Shown here: piece by piece, positions 8,058-17,752 of the stretch | How the letters are laid out: each line of letters starts with the position of its first letter | Position numbering within the stretch: the stretch's first letter is position 1 | Assembly: GCF_000196355.1 (NCBI RefSeq) | Contig: NC_007614.1 | Location: 150,001 to 182,000 of the forward strand | DNA: 32,000 nucleotides | DNA from: Nitrosospira multiformis ATCC 25196 | GTDB lineage: Bacteria > Pseudomonadota > Gammaproteobacteria > Burkholderiales > Nitrosomonadaceae | Direction: 5' to 3' | Notes under the pieces: generated by a model | What the model saw: only the letters and a program-made list of their open reading frames with translations | What the model was told of the DNA's origin: nothing | The model's database searches: none | Program-made: the position numbers and the translations under genes

Positions 8058-10496
8058 CTACTCCGCGACTCCCTCCGGAAACCCTCTCAACGCAAGCGCA
8101 GCCAAGCTATAGATGGCTACCGCCAACAGGATCACGAAAGTAAACCCCAGGTGAATAGCCAGTAAAGTGGCGAGTACCGCTCCCACGACGGAGGCGAAAC
8201 CGTTGATTGCCCAGACCCAGGGGATTGCCTCTCGGGCAGTGAAAGCTAACCTCATCGTTCCCGTGGGAAAGGGCATGCCCATGCAAAACGCAAGCGGCGC
8301 GATCAACGCTACCGAAATAGCGATTTTTGCCGGATCGGATAAATGGATCAGCGTATCAAACAGGCTGGGCAGGATAGCGAGATAGAGCAGTGCAAGGACA
8401 CCTATTGCCATTACTGCAACAGTCAGATGTCCACTCTTCCGGAACCGCTTTTGCAAGCGCCCGGCAAGCCAGCTTCCCACACCGGCAAATGCCAGAAATG
8501 CGGACAATACGCCGGCGACCGCATATAACGGATGAGCCAGAAACAGGATAAATTTTTGGATGAACGCGATTTCCATGAACATGAAAGCCAGGCCGATGGC
8601 AAGGAAGTACAAAGCGACTTTTGCGGGAGGCAGTGCTCGACGTGCTTTTGAGGCCAGAAGTGGCGCCAGAATGAGAACAACGCTCGCAATGAATGCCTGG
8701 ATCAGCGTTGCTACCAGCAGTGGATAGCTCCAGTCCAGAAGCGGCATGCCTCCCTGTTCCCGCAAGGCGAACAGTTCGCGCAGGGAATCCCACTTGAAGA
8801 AACGGAAAAAAAAAGGCTGATCGTCGGTGGCGGGCTCGATAAAGAATTTATACCGATCGATAAAGGTTTGGCGATCCCCGGCCAGTAACGCGGTTGCTCC
8901 CTCGAAGAAATAGGGCTGTGCCAGCACATTGTAGCGATTTGCTTCCTCGGGTCGCATTCCCGGGTAATAGGTTGTGTCGAATGAGCGCTCACGGCAGAAT
9001 TTCCTGATCGCTTCGATCTCCGCCACCGTGAAATTGCTGTGCTTCACAAGCAGCGTGACCGTTTTCCAGCCCCTTATCATTACAAGGCGCGCTCCTGGAT
9101 TGTCTACGCCGCTTCGCTCCAGGGCGGTGATCGCTGTCGCGAATAATTTCAGGGCATCCCGTGGTGGGAGAGTCAGCCAGCGCGTAATTGCCAGCACCCC
9201 GCCCGGCATTAGCCTTCTCAGATAGGTTTGAAACGCTTCCACGGTATAAAGGTAGCTTTCACTCAGGCCGTACACACCCGCGGCGGCAACACCAAACGAA
9301 TCCAGCAGGGCGACCTGAATCAGATCGTAACGGCTGCGGGTTGCGTTAACAAAGCCGCGCGCTTCCGCCTCGTGTATATGCACCTGGGGCAATGTGTAAA
9401 TATCTCCCCCAAAGTCATGGAAGCGCTTCTCGACGAGATCGATGACGTTGCGGTCGAGTTCTACCCCATCGATCCTGATCGCGCCATGGTAGAGGGCCTG
9501 CAGAACGTCGCTGCCCGCCCCTGCTCCCAACACCAGCACATGCGGGCCGGCGTGAGGCCGCTGCAGCACATGGTAAGGTAACGCCGAGGTAAGCTGGTCG
9601 AGATAGGATAGGGGTTCACGTCGGCCATTAAAGCGCGTCAGCACGGAGGGGCCGTCTCCATCCACGAATATGCCCAGCTGATCCGGCGGTTCTTCCAGCG
9701 CATTAAGGCTCATTCCCGGCGCATAACGGAAAGGAACGCGCGGGCTTTCCACGACCGTAATCTGTCCCAATGGACTGGAACGTTCTCCGATCACCTGCGC
9801 GCCCGTAATATTCAGGGCTTGACTCAAATCCTTGTAGGGGGAAGGATGCACACGGAACCCCTCGGGGGGGATGGCCAGCAATACCAGGAAAGCCAGCCCG
9901 AGAAGGGCAATCCACAGCCACTCGGGTCGTATCCTCATCTCGATTGTGGCGACAGCGGCGGCAAACAGGGCCAGTGCGGCGAGGACGATAAGCAGGTTGT
10001 GTGGTGGTGTAAGAAACAGCACGCCGATAACACACATACTGCCTATTCCCGCTCCCATAATATCGAAGGCGTAGATGCGCCCAGCCTGCTGCCCAAAGTG
10101 CGACAGGATGAGGCCGATACCTGTTCCCGCGCAGAAGAAGGGCAGCATCATGAGCAGATAAATGGAGAGCAGGTGCGTCAACTGGAATGGATCCCATAGC
10201 AGTTCAAGGGGGTTGAACGGGATTTCCTGCGCCAGTAGAAACGCCGCGGGCATGAGAAAAGCGAGGCCAATGGCTGCCGCGAGATAGATAGGGCCTATGT
10301 ACCCGTTAATTTTTTCTCGTAAGAGTGTGAGAGCGGTGCCACTCGCTCCGTAGCCCAGCATCGCCGCGCTGATGATCATGTAGGCAAAATGGTGCCACAG
10401 CACGATGCTGAACAAGCGCGTGAGCAATACCTCATATGCCAGTACGCAGGCGGAGAGCAGTCCGATGGCAATAAAGGGCGGACGTGGCAAGGACAT
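8058..10496 (-). CDS. polytopic membrane protein with spermidine-synthase-like (SAM-dependent) domain
   Basis: 812 aa; N-terminal TM segments, VLVLGAGAGSDVLQALYHGAIRIDGVELDRNVIDLVEKRFHDFG SAM-binding motif and DLIQVALLDSFGVAAAGVYGLSESYLYTVEAF, then C-terminal TM segments. Confidence 0.82.
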   Translation of the reverse strand: MSLPRPPFIAIGLLSACVLAYEVLLTRLFSIVLWHHFAYMIISAAMLGYGASGTALTLLREKINGYIGPIYLAAAIGLAFLMPAAFLLAQEIPFNPLELLWDPFQLTHLLSIYLLMMLPFFCAGTGIGLILSHFGQQAGRIYAFDIMGAGIGSMCVIGVLFLTPPHNLLIVLAALALFAAAVATIEMRIRPEWLWIALLGLAFLVLLAIPPEGFRVHPSPYKDLSQALNITGAQVIGERSSPLGQITVVESPRVPFRYAPGMSLNALEEPPDQLGIFVDGDGPSVLTRFNGRREPLSYLDQLTSALPYHVLQRPHAGPHVLVLGAGAGSDVLQALYHGAIRIDGVELDRNVIDLVEKRFHDFGGDIYTLPQVHIHEAEARGFVNATRSRYDLIQVALLDSFGVAAAGVYGLSESYLYTVEAFQTYLRRLMPGGVLAITRWLTLPPRDALKLFATAITALERSGVDNPGARLVMIRGWKTVTLLVKHSNFTVAEIEAIRKFCRERSFDTTYYPGMRPEEANRYNVLAQPYFFEGATALLAGDRQTFIDRYKFFIEPATDDQPFFFRFFKWDSLRELFALREQGGMPLLDWSYPLLVATLIQAFIASVVLILAPLLASKARRALPPAKVALYFLAIGLAFMFMEIAFIQKFILFLAHPLYAVAGVLSAFLAFAGVGSWLAGRLQKRFRKSGHLTVAVMAIGVLALLYLAILPSLFDTLIHLSDPAKIAISVALIAPLAFCMGMPFPTGTMRLAFTAREAIPWVWAINGFASVVGAVLATLLAIHLGFTFVILLAVAIYSLAALALRGFPEGVAE

Positions 10497-10501
10497 GATG
10501 A

Positions 10502-11239
10502 TTAATGTCCGCCTCTGAGAGGAACGAACCGAACCGGGACAATTTGATGGGTGGTAACTGAACCGTCCGGCTGTTTCTCCACCAGCATCAGGTACTGGGT
10601 CATGAAAGGTGCGCCCAACGGCACCACCATACGTCCGCCGGGCTTCAGTTGCTTGAGCAGAGGAGGGGGCACATGACTGGCGGCGGCCGTTACCAGGATG
10701 GCGTCGAATGGGGCCGCTTCCGGCCAGCCGTAATAACCGTCCCCTATGCGGGTCTTCACATTGTCGTAGCCCAGCGATTGCAATCTTCCTGCAGCCTCGT
10801 TTCCCAGGGGTTCGATGATTTCAATTGTATAAACCGTTTTCGCGATCTCCGCCAGGACAGCAGCCTGATAACCCGAGCCCGTCCCGATTTCAAGAACCTT
10901 GTCGTCTTTCTTGAGCTTCAGCAGCTCGGTCATCCGCGCAACGATGAGGGGTTGCGAGATCGTCTGTCCATGGCCGATCGGGAGTGGATGATTGCGATAC
11001 GCAAATATGGAGAGCCAGGCAGGTACGAAGCGATGGCGCTCCACTTTTTCCATTGCCGCTACAACACTTGCTCCGGGAGGGGAATTACCGGATGCGGCAA
11101 TCACTTCCCTCACCATTTTCTGGCGCAAGGCCTCATATTCCGCAGCTGACAGCGGAATAACACAACCGAAATACATCAATGCGCCGAAAGCGGTCGCAAA
11201 CTGCCAGTTCATCAGTTCATTAAAGCAAATTTGCGGCAA
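10502..11239 (-). CDS. pcm: protein-L-isoaspartate O-methyltransferase with apparent N-terminal signal sequence
   Basis: GASVVAAMEKVERHRFVP...PLPIGHGQTISQPLIVARMTELL...VLEIGTGSGYQAAVLAEIA...RIGDGYYGWPEAAPFDAILVTAAASHVP are classic Pcm motifs. Confidence 0.9.
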   Translation of the reverse strand: MPQICFNELMNWQFATAFGALMYFGCVIPLSAAEYEALRQKMVREVIAASGNSPPGASVVAAMEKVERHRFVPAWLSIFAYRNHPLPIGHGQTISQPLIVARMTELLKLKKDDKVLEIGTGSGYQAAVLAEIAKTVYTIEIIEPLGNEAAGRLQSLGYDNVKTRIGDGYYGWPEAAPFDAILVTAAASHVPPPLLKQLKPGGRMVVPLGAPFMTQYLMLVEKQPDGSVTTHQIVPVRFVPLRGGH

Positions 11240-11394
11240 CTTGCTGAAATGCGCCGCCTTACTCGTTGCGGCGCATTGCTTGGACTCAGGGTATGTTCAA
11301 GATCGCGCAGGCGGTTCGAGGGTAAGGTTATCCAAAACTGAAAATCTTACCCTACGGAGGTGGGAGCGGGGGGAGTAATCATGGCAATTTTGCG

Positions 11395-11859
11395 CTATTG
11401 CCCAGGTTGAGGCGCAACTTGCAGCCATCCACCCGGGCAGCTTTTCACGTAAGGATAGTAGCCTTCCGGATTCCGGCAGTAATGCCAGTAGTTTGAGGCT
11501 TGGGGCTGGGGCGGGGCCTGCACGACGCCCTGCTGGATATAGACAGGGGGAGCAGCGGGAACCGAGACGACAGGGGCATACCCATAGCCTGCCGGAGGAT
11601 AGCTGTAGGCAGGGGGATACGAGGGACGAGCAGCATAGGAACTCAGGCCATAACCCAGCAGACCCAACCCCAGACCGATTCCAACCCCATAGCCCCAACC
11701 TCCACCTCCGCCGTGTCGATGGTGATGATGCCCATGGTGGTGGTGCCCATGATGACCGTGACCATGCCCTCCCCCGGCCCATGCGGGACTCATGGGAGCT
11801 GCCATGAACAGCGTGAGTGCAAAGCACCCGAATTTTATTTTTGTCATGAAGATCTCCAT
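11395..11859 (-). CDS. secreted Gly/His-rich protein, paralogue of the 5500..6180 product
   Basis: MTKIKFGCFALTLFMAAPMSPAWA signal peptide, GHGHHGHHHHGHHHHRHGGGG tract, C-terminal NYWHYCRNPEGYYPYVKSCPGGWLQVAP. Confidence 0.75.
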   Translation of the reverse strand: MEIFMTKIKFGCFALTLFMAAPMSPAWAGGGHGHGHHGHHHHGHHHHRHGGGGGWGYGVGIGLGLGLLGYGLSSYAARPSYPPAYSYPPAGYGYAPVVSVPAAPPVYIQQGVVQAPPQPQASNYWHYCRNPEGYYPYVKSCPGGWLQVAPQPGQ

Positions 11860-12175
11860 TCCAAAGTAGTAATTAACGCAGAGCCAAGCCTCATTATTTC
11901 AACCTGCAGAAAATATAACGCGCCACTTTAGAATCGGTTGTCCTGTGGTTACTAAAAATTCACAAAAATTTCACAATATTCTCTCTGACGGTAAACGGAG
12001 GAGGTAGTATCGCGTTATTGGATATTGGGTAGTGCAGGAGGAGCAGCCGGAGTCATTCACCAGACAGCCTGTCTTGCAACACTGTACTTAAGTCCAATAG
12101 CCATCGTGGCAACACAAGAAGATAATCGCCACGAGTGAGATGTGAATTCGGTTCAAATAATTTCAACAAAAGGAG

Positions 12176-12592
12176 ATGAAGATGCGGATTCTGGCAATAT
12201 TGTTGGCGGCGGCAATCGCGTATGCAACCCCGGTAGTGGCACGGAACGGCGGCGGGAAGCACGACGGACATCAGGGAGTTGAACATGCAAACGCCGGAGG
12301 AACGGCATCCGAGCATATGGGCCAGCACGGCATGGAGAACTCGAACGCGCAGTGGTCAACTGATGCGGCACGCGGGCAGGATCGCGCCGACTGGAGAAAC
12401 CAGGATGGGCGGGGGAATGGGCATGGAGCGGGCGATGAAGATCAGGCCGGGAAAGGCAAGCATAAAGGTTCTCATGATCATGGAGGCAGCGACAAGGGCA
12501 AGAAGGATAAATCCAGTAAGGGATCGAAGGGTCACAATGGTCACGAAGGCCACAAGGGTCACAAGGGCCATGGCAAGGATGCGGATTACTAG
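12176..12592 (+). CDS. hypothetical secreted His/Gly/Lys-rich protein
   Basis: MRILAILLAAAIAYATPVVA signal peptide preceded by AAAGGAGATG; low-complexity HDGH, GKHKGSHDHGG and GHNGHEGHKGHKGHGKDADY. Confidence 0.65.
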   Translation: MKMRILAILLAAAIAYATPVVARNGGGKHDGHQGVEHANAGGTASEHMGQHGMENSNAQWSTDAARGQDRADWRNQDGRGNGHGAGDEDQAGKGKHKGSHDHGGSDKGKKDKSSKGSKGHNGHEGHKGHKGHGKDADY

Positions 12593-12660
12593 GAATTGTC
12601 CCCAGGCGGCGGGAAAGACCGGGAGCAACAGCAGAAAAAGACTTTTTGGAAGGAGATGTG

Positions 12661-13308
12661 ATGTCGAACGAAGCGGTTAACTATTGGAAGTTTGCAACGA
12701 TTGGAATATTGCTGGTGGGCGCAAGCGTTGCATCGACTCTGTTCCTCACGGGGCGGGATTCCGATTCCAAGCCCGAGCTCGCGGCTTCCGCGGCTGAGAC
12801 TGAGGCAGTTTCCGCTGGCGGCGAGACTCCGGTTTCCGAGGCAGGGAAAAAGCCTCTTGCTTCAGTCCCCGAACCGGCCCCAATCGCCCAAGCTGCCCCT
12901 GAGCCTCCAAAGCGCCCCAGAGTAACGCAATCGAACCAGAATGCCGCAGCTGCGGTTCCTCCTTCCCCGTCCTATGCTCCCCCGGCGGCATATCCCCCCC
13001 AGCCGGTCCGTTCGTCCTACCCGTCTCAGTCCGTCATGAATGAATGCAACCGCTATGCAAGCGAGCAGGTGAACAGCAAAGCCGAAGAAGTGCTCAAGAA
13101 CGCAGCGCTCGGCGCAGCGCTAGGGGCGGCTGTAGGTGCTGCAGGTGGAGCGATCGCCGGCGGTGGAAAAGGTGCTGGCAAGGGTGCAGCGATTGGTAGT
13201 ATAACAGGCGTTGCTGGCGGAACTCTTTATGGTCTCAACGAGACCAAATCCCATGATGGACAGTATCAGGCTGCCTATTCTTCCTGCATGCGCGCCAAGG
13301 GGTATTAA
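12661..13308 (+). CDS. membrane-anchored protein with C-terminal glycine-zipper (YMGG-like) domain
   Basis: Start chosen behind GAAGGAGATGTG; N-terminal TM VNYWKFATIGILLVGASVASTLFLTG; AALGAALGAAVGAAGGAIAGGGKGAGKGAAIGSITGVAGGTLYG; terminal QYQAAYSSCMRAKGY. Confidence 0.75.
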   Translation: MSNEAVNYWKFATIGILLVGASVASTLFLTGRDSDSKPELAASAAETEAVSAGGETPVSEAGKKPLASVPEPAPIAQAAPEPPKRPRVTQSNQNAAAAVPPSPSYAPPAAYPPQPVRSSYPSQSVMNECNRYASEQVNSKAEEVLKNAALGAALGAAVGAAGGAIAGGGKGAGKGAAIGSITGVAGGTLYGLNETKSHDGQYQAAYSSCMRAKGY

Positions 13309-13731
13309 GGCCTGAATTGCAATCGTTAAACGAATGCTTCAAGAATGCCGTTGGTCGTCGGATGATTTGCCTGGTCTGTGAGTGCGGGATGGCGTTGAGC
13401 GCGAGGTAGAGCTGGTAATCGTGGGTTTCGGGTTTCCCGCAGTACTCAATACTCCCGCTCTGCTCAGCAAAGAAAGGCAGCGCCGATCGTCGAGCAGATC
13501 GGCAGTTGTAATGGGCCCCTTGCTGGCATGGTGCTGGGCCGAGCTTGGTCGAGTTTGGCCGAGTTTGGCTTGAGCCACTTGAAGTAGGTATCGATGAGGT
13601 CTGCTGATAGAATCTGCTAACGCCCTTGGTCGTGCCTGCATAAAAGTGTCCTGACTGTCAAGATAGCCAGGATGAGTTGAATTAAACCAGAATAACAAGA
13701 CGTGCGAAGTGGCATGCGCCACACTCAATTG

Positions 13732-14151
13732 ATGACGATGTATTTATTTGGACTGGTTTTGTTAGTTATTTCTGTTTCTTTCCCCCTGGTTTCACGAGGC
13801 CAGGATAATACGCTGAACAATCCTCACCCAGGCCCAGGATGGAAAGTTGTGGCGACAACTGACAAGGAGGTCTTTTTTGTCCATATGCCGAGCATCAGGA
13901 GGCACGGCAATACTGTGGATGTTTGGGAAATGTCCGACTTTCCTAATACCAGGACTCCTTCCAAGTCGACCAAGTTTCAATATAGGTACGATTGCAAAAA
14001 TAGATCCTATTACACCCGGCAAAGCACGCACTATTCTCAGTATGGAGGCAGGGGAGATATTATGTCCTCCTCAATAGAGGAAGGACCAGTAACGAAAGTG
14101 ATAGCCGGTACTATAGGGGAGACACTGCTGGAGCTGGTGTGTAAGAAGTAG
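13732..14151 (+). CDS. surface-adhesin E-like secreted protein
   Basis: Signal peptide, then WKVVATTDKEVFFVHMPSIRRHGNTVDVWEMSDFPNTR...STKFQYRYDCKNRSYYTRQSTHYS pattern. The ORF can be extended to 13702. Confidence 0.65.
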   Translation: MTMYLFGLVLLVISVSFPLVSRGQDNTLNNPHPGPGWKVVATTDKEVFFVHMPSIRRHGNTVDVWEMSDFPNTRTPSKSTKFQYRYDCKNRSYYTRQSTHYSQYGGRGDIMSSSIEEGPVTKVIAGTIGETLLELVCKK

Positions 14152-14352
14152 TGTCCTCCTACAAGGGGTTATATGGAGTATCAGGAGAATTCGATAAGCC
14201 TGCTCCAGGATGAACTTATAGGAAGTGCAGCCTTCGTAAGTGAGTTGCGCTTGAAAGGACACGGCGCGATGAAGAAAAACATTCTTGCGGCACTACTTCT
14301 CCCTGCTGAAAGAATGGATCTGCGGCTCAGGCATCTTCCCTTCGAAGCAAGG

Positions 14353-14859
14353 ATGGCCATGGCAATCATTGCGCTCTCAACCCTTGTTGCCTGGCCTCTT
14401 TCAGCCGCTGACTCTGCCGATGAAATAATACGGGCAAAAGCAATCAGTATCGTTGATGGTGACTCGATCAGCGTTGTTATAAATCAGGAGCTGGTAAGGG
14501 TACGCCTGGCAGGGATAGACGCCCCGGAAGGAACTCAGCCATTTGCTATTGATTCCAGACAATCCCTCCACGACTTATGCTTCTGGGTAGAAGCAGAGCT
14601 CAGTTCGATAAGCAAGGATTACTATGGGCGCATGTTGGCAAAGGTCAAGTGTAATGGAGTGAATGTTAACGCCGAGCAGGTACGGCGAGGAATGGCATGG
14701 GTAGCAGACCAATCGGTGGGGGAGAGGGAACTCGTTCAGCTTCAGGAAGAAGCGCAGGCTGGAAAGCGAGGATTATGGTCATATGAATCATCCATACCCC
14801 CTTGGGAGTGGCATTCGCGGGGATGGTATTCCCAGCGGAGTTGGTCTGGCCCTCGATGA
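14353..14859 (+). CDS. thermonuclease (SNase-like) family protein
   Basis: AKAISIVDGDSISVVINQELVRVRLAGIDAPEGTQP...KDYYGRMLAKVKCNGVNVNAEQVRRGMAWVAD shows the SNase fold motifs with the catalytic Arg/Glu/Arg pattern. Start placed at MAMAIIALSTLVAWPLSAAD; ORF is open from 14173. Confidence 0.82.
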   Translation: MAMAIIALSTLVAWPLSAADSADEIIRAKAISIVDGDSISVVINQELVRVRLAGIDAPEGTQPFAIDSRQSLHDLCFWVEAELSSISKDYYGRMLAKVKCNGVNVNAEQVRRGMAWVADQSVGERELVQLQEEAQAGKRGLWSYESSIPPWEWHSRGWYSQRSWSGPR

Positions 14860-14919
14860 AAAAATGGGGATATAGGAAAGATCAGGAAACGTATCATCCA
14901 CTGCCTCATACTTTCATCA

Positions 14920-15114
14920 TCAGTTTCGTGAAGAAATACTACTGATACGAACCCTGTCTCCGTTTGAAATTCCATCCAGTGTATTTTCGATAATGCGATC
15001 GTCAGGCCTCAAACCTGCCCTGAGTTCGACGAGTTTGCCCAGATCACTGATGATCAGGACAGGTTTCAGTACAACCCTGTCATCAAGCTGTTTCAGATTG
15101 TTGAACCCGAACAA
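14920..15114 (-). pseudogene. fragment resembling the C-terminus of an RND efflux periplasmic adaptor (HlyD/AcrA family)
   Basis: FGFNNLKQLDDRVVLKPVLIISDLGKLVELRAGLRPDDRIIENTLDGISNGDRVRI resembles the conserved adaptor C-terminus; a stop lies just upstream in frame and no adaptor body is present. Confidence 0.5.
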
Positions 15115-15599
15115 GGCCGAATCAAGGAATTATTAATGAGTTTTCCCCTGTTACCGGGGATAGAGCGGGGATAGGTTTGTGGATAAATTCCTTAAGGCTC
15201 TGTTTCAGCTGGCTCTGTGGGGGTTGATCAGATTTGTTGCAGCATTGTTTCACCCACCTATGGCAGTATTCTGAAAGAGACCCAAGTTTTCCATTTTCGA
15301 GTTGTGCGAAAATCGCTGGATGATAGGCGGTATATATAGTTTGTGAAAGATTAAGAGGGGATGAAGGCGCGCAATGAACCGTCTCATGGGGAGAGGGATG
15401 ATCCAGGGCTGCGATAATATGGCATCCCATGCGCGCGTCAGTTCTACTGCGAGGGCAGACCTTGTTGCGACTCAATCGGGGTAACTGCTGCGCGGCGGAA
15501 ACGGCATTCCTCCGCCAACGTCGTGCAGCCACGGTACAACAATGAAAAGACCACCCCGACAGGGGTGGCCCGAAGAGTGAATGCGATAACCCTGTTTGC

Positions 15600-16436
15600 T
15601 CAGGTGCGACGACGGCCCGTGAAGGCAAAACCAAGCAGACCGATACCCATCAGAGCTAAAATGCCGGGTTCAGGCACTTCTGCGGCGGTAAAGCCTTGGG
15701 ATCCATCGGTTTGGATTACAAAACTCGATGCAGTGTCAGCCCCGGTGGCAACTCCGTTAAATGCTGCCGGCCGCGTATATTCCGGAGCACTCTGGCCGGG
15801 GAACTGAAGCGAGGCTTGAAACTGGGTGCCTGACAATGCCGGATTTATATACGTGCTATTAGTGAAGGTGACCGTTCCGAACAGAAAACCGCCGCCCGTG
15901 CCGAGTACGGCCGGCCCGGGAATCGCACCGGTTGCAGCGAAGGTGCTGAAACCGCTGTCCCATGTTCCACTCAGTATATTCACCCCGTCGAGAAAGCCCG
16001 TCCCGGTGGACTGATCCGCATTAGGACTGGAATCAAGGAAAATTTCCCATGATCCGCTGTTCGTAATGATCTGAATGCTGGAACACCCGTCGTTCTGGCA
16101 AATCGCGGTCTGTGTAAGCGTCTGAAAGGTGGTTATTTCGTACGTTCCGGTTTCAGGACCAGGCGACGACACAAATAGATTATTCGTCGGGGAAGTGGTG
16201 TTGATGACACCTGCAAAAGCTTGATACGTCAAGGTGAAGGTATCGCTATCACCGGCTTTGCTGGCACCGGTCAGGTCAAACCCCTGAACCCAGCCGCCCC
16301 CATTTGAATGCCAGTCGAAGCCTGTAAAATTTTGCAGTACTCCATCTGCGCTGAATGTGTCCAGGGTTGCGGAATATCCAATGGCGGGACCACCCAGCAA
16401 TACTGCAGCCATTGATAAATTGATGAGTTTTTTATT
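15600..16436 (-). CDS. PEP-CTERM sorting domain-containing protein
   Basis: Probable GTG start (VNKKLINLSMAAVLLGGPAIGYSA) behind AGAGGGAAAGAATC; C-terminus VPEPGILALMGIGLLGFAFTGRRRT. Confidence 0.88.
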   Translation of the reverse strand, partial: NKKLINLSMAAVLLGGPAIGYSATLDTFSADGVLQNFTGFDWHSNGGGWVQGFDLTGASKAGDSDTFTLTYQAFAGVINTTSPTNNLFVSSPGPETGTYEITTFQTLTQTAICQNDGCSSIQIITNSGSWEIFLDSSPNADQSTGTGFLDGVNILSGTWDSGFSTFAATGAIPGPAVLGTGGGFLFGTVTFTNSTYINPALSGTQFQASLQFPGQSAPEYTRPAAFNGVATGADTASSFVIQTDGSQGFTAAEVPEPGILALMGIGLLGFAFTGRRRT

Positions 16437-17296
16437 CACGATTCTTTCCCTCTTGATAGCAATAAAAATAAAAGAAGCTGTTTGTTTCAAATTATATAAA
16501 GCAATCTCTATGCCAGCTTTTATATTATTTTATTTTACCAGTAATATCAATTATTTATAAGTTATCGACTCTCTTGCGTCCAGATTGGAATCCCGTGGCG
16601 TAAAAAATATCGACGCCGCTCCTGCTTTACAGACCAAGTCTGCCTGCAGACAGGATGAAGATGAGACACTCTGATCATCCCCTTGGCAAATGGCAACACT
16701 GAGGAAGGCTGGCAGGTATCGATGCGCCCGAGCGCAAGCAGGGAGGTGGGCAAGGCCATTTCTTCGGAGGCTGTCGATACTGTCATCTTCTACAGCCTGA
16801 GATCGGGGTTCCGTGCAAATTGAAGGTGGCCTCAGCGCATGTGCGGAAGCGGGATTCAACGCGAAACCTAATCGGTTTAGGAATTTTGTACAAAAGTTGC
16901 AGGAGAGCCGTCCAATTTTTGCAGCGGTAAATGCCGCGGAATCCACGACACCGCCGGCAGGGTAAATGTGTGGCGCTCCAGGTCGGAGCTGATCTTCCTT
17001 ACCAGATTATGAGGCGGTAGTTTGCCTGCCATTTCTTGCTGGATTGTCGCGAAACGTTTTAGACGTCCAGAGGGAGACTCTAAAGGCGGCTGCTGCGGGA
17101 GGTGTATCTGGAGCCCGCCGTTCTTGCACCTGCTCAATTTGAATCAGTCTTCCACTCCGTTAGAGCATATAGGTTAACCGCTTCGACTCACACTTCAGGA
17201 GCGGACTTACTATTTTGCTGCACTGGCGGCAGACTGCTAAGCATGAAATTGATCGGGTTTGTTTCCCCACTCCTATTATCATCCCTTGCCTTGATT

Positions 17297-17752
17297 TCAA
17301 TGGCCTCGGCCTACGTGTTGCCTCAAGCAATCAATTATCCGTTGTTTGTTATTGGCATTCGCCACGCGGACTGCAAGCATCAGGCCAGCCTGCTCATGTG
17401 GTATTTTGTTCGCACTTTCGCCCTCGCCGCCTAAACCACCTGCTGTACCTGCAAGTGAACCTGTATAACTCCCTGCGGCAGCCGCTACTGCCCCGGCGGG
17501 TTCCCCAGTCACCGGGCTGGTAATACTTGCCGCAATGCCTCTGGAGGCTGCACGGGTTGCCATTCCTTTTGCCGCCCCTTTTGCGCCACCCTGGTCGTTG
17601 GTTCTAACCGCATCACGATCCGAATCGAGAGCACCTGGCTGATTGTTAGATAAAATGAAAATATCATTCTTGTTTACAGAATCAGCCAGTGACGCTGCCG
17701 CTGCCCTGGCCTCATCGCCTGTTTCAAATCTTACTGTGATAATGTCTTCCAT
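17297..17752 (-). CDS. hypothetical protein with central glycine-rich (glycine-zipper-like) region
   Basis: MEDIITVRFETGDEARAAAASLADSV... behind AGGAGAGATTT; SYTGSLAGTAGGLGGEGESANKIPHEQAGLMLAVRVA. The ORF extends to 17812. Confidence 0.6.
   Translation of the reverse strand: MEDIITVRFETGDEARAAAASLADSVNKNDIFILSNNQPGALDSDRDAVRTNDQGGAKGAAKGMATRAASRGIAASITSPVTGEPAGAVAAAAGSYTGSLAGTAGGLGGEGESANKIPHEQAGLMLAVRVANANNKQRIIDCLRQHVGRGH

Noticed and set aside
12279-12680. + strand ORF MNMQTPEERHPSIWAS... overlapping the His/Gly-rich ORF
   Set aside because: Alternate frame of a low-complexity gene; the overlapping frame has a signal peptide and Shine-Dalgarno sequence.
13339-13728. 129 aa - strand ORF and opposing 63 aa + strand ORF; also a short tandem GTTTGGCCGA-like repeat near 13555
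   Set aside because: No recognisable family or start signal; the tandem has only about two to three imperfect units.
15122-15634. 170 aa - strand ORF between the adaptor fragment and the PEP-CTERM gene
   Set aside because: It overlaps the PEP-CTERM 3' end, has no recognisable motif and biased composition.
16551-17137. Overlapping ORFs on the - strand (131, 74 and 86 aa)
   Set aside because: Considered as decayed transposase or other remnants, but no diagnostic motif could be identified by eye.
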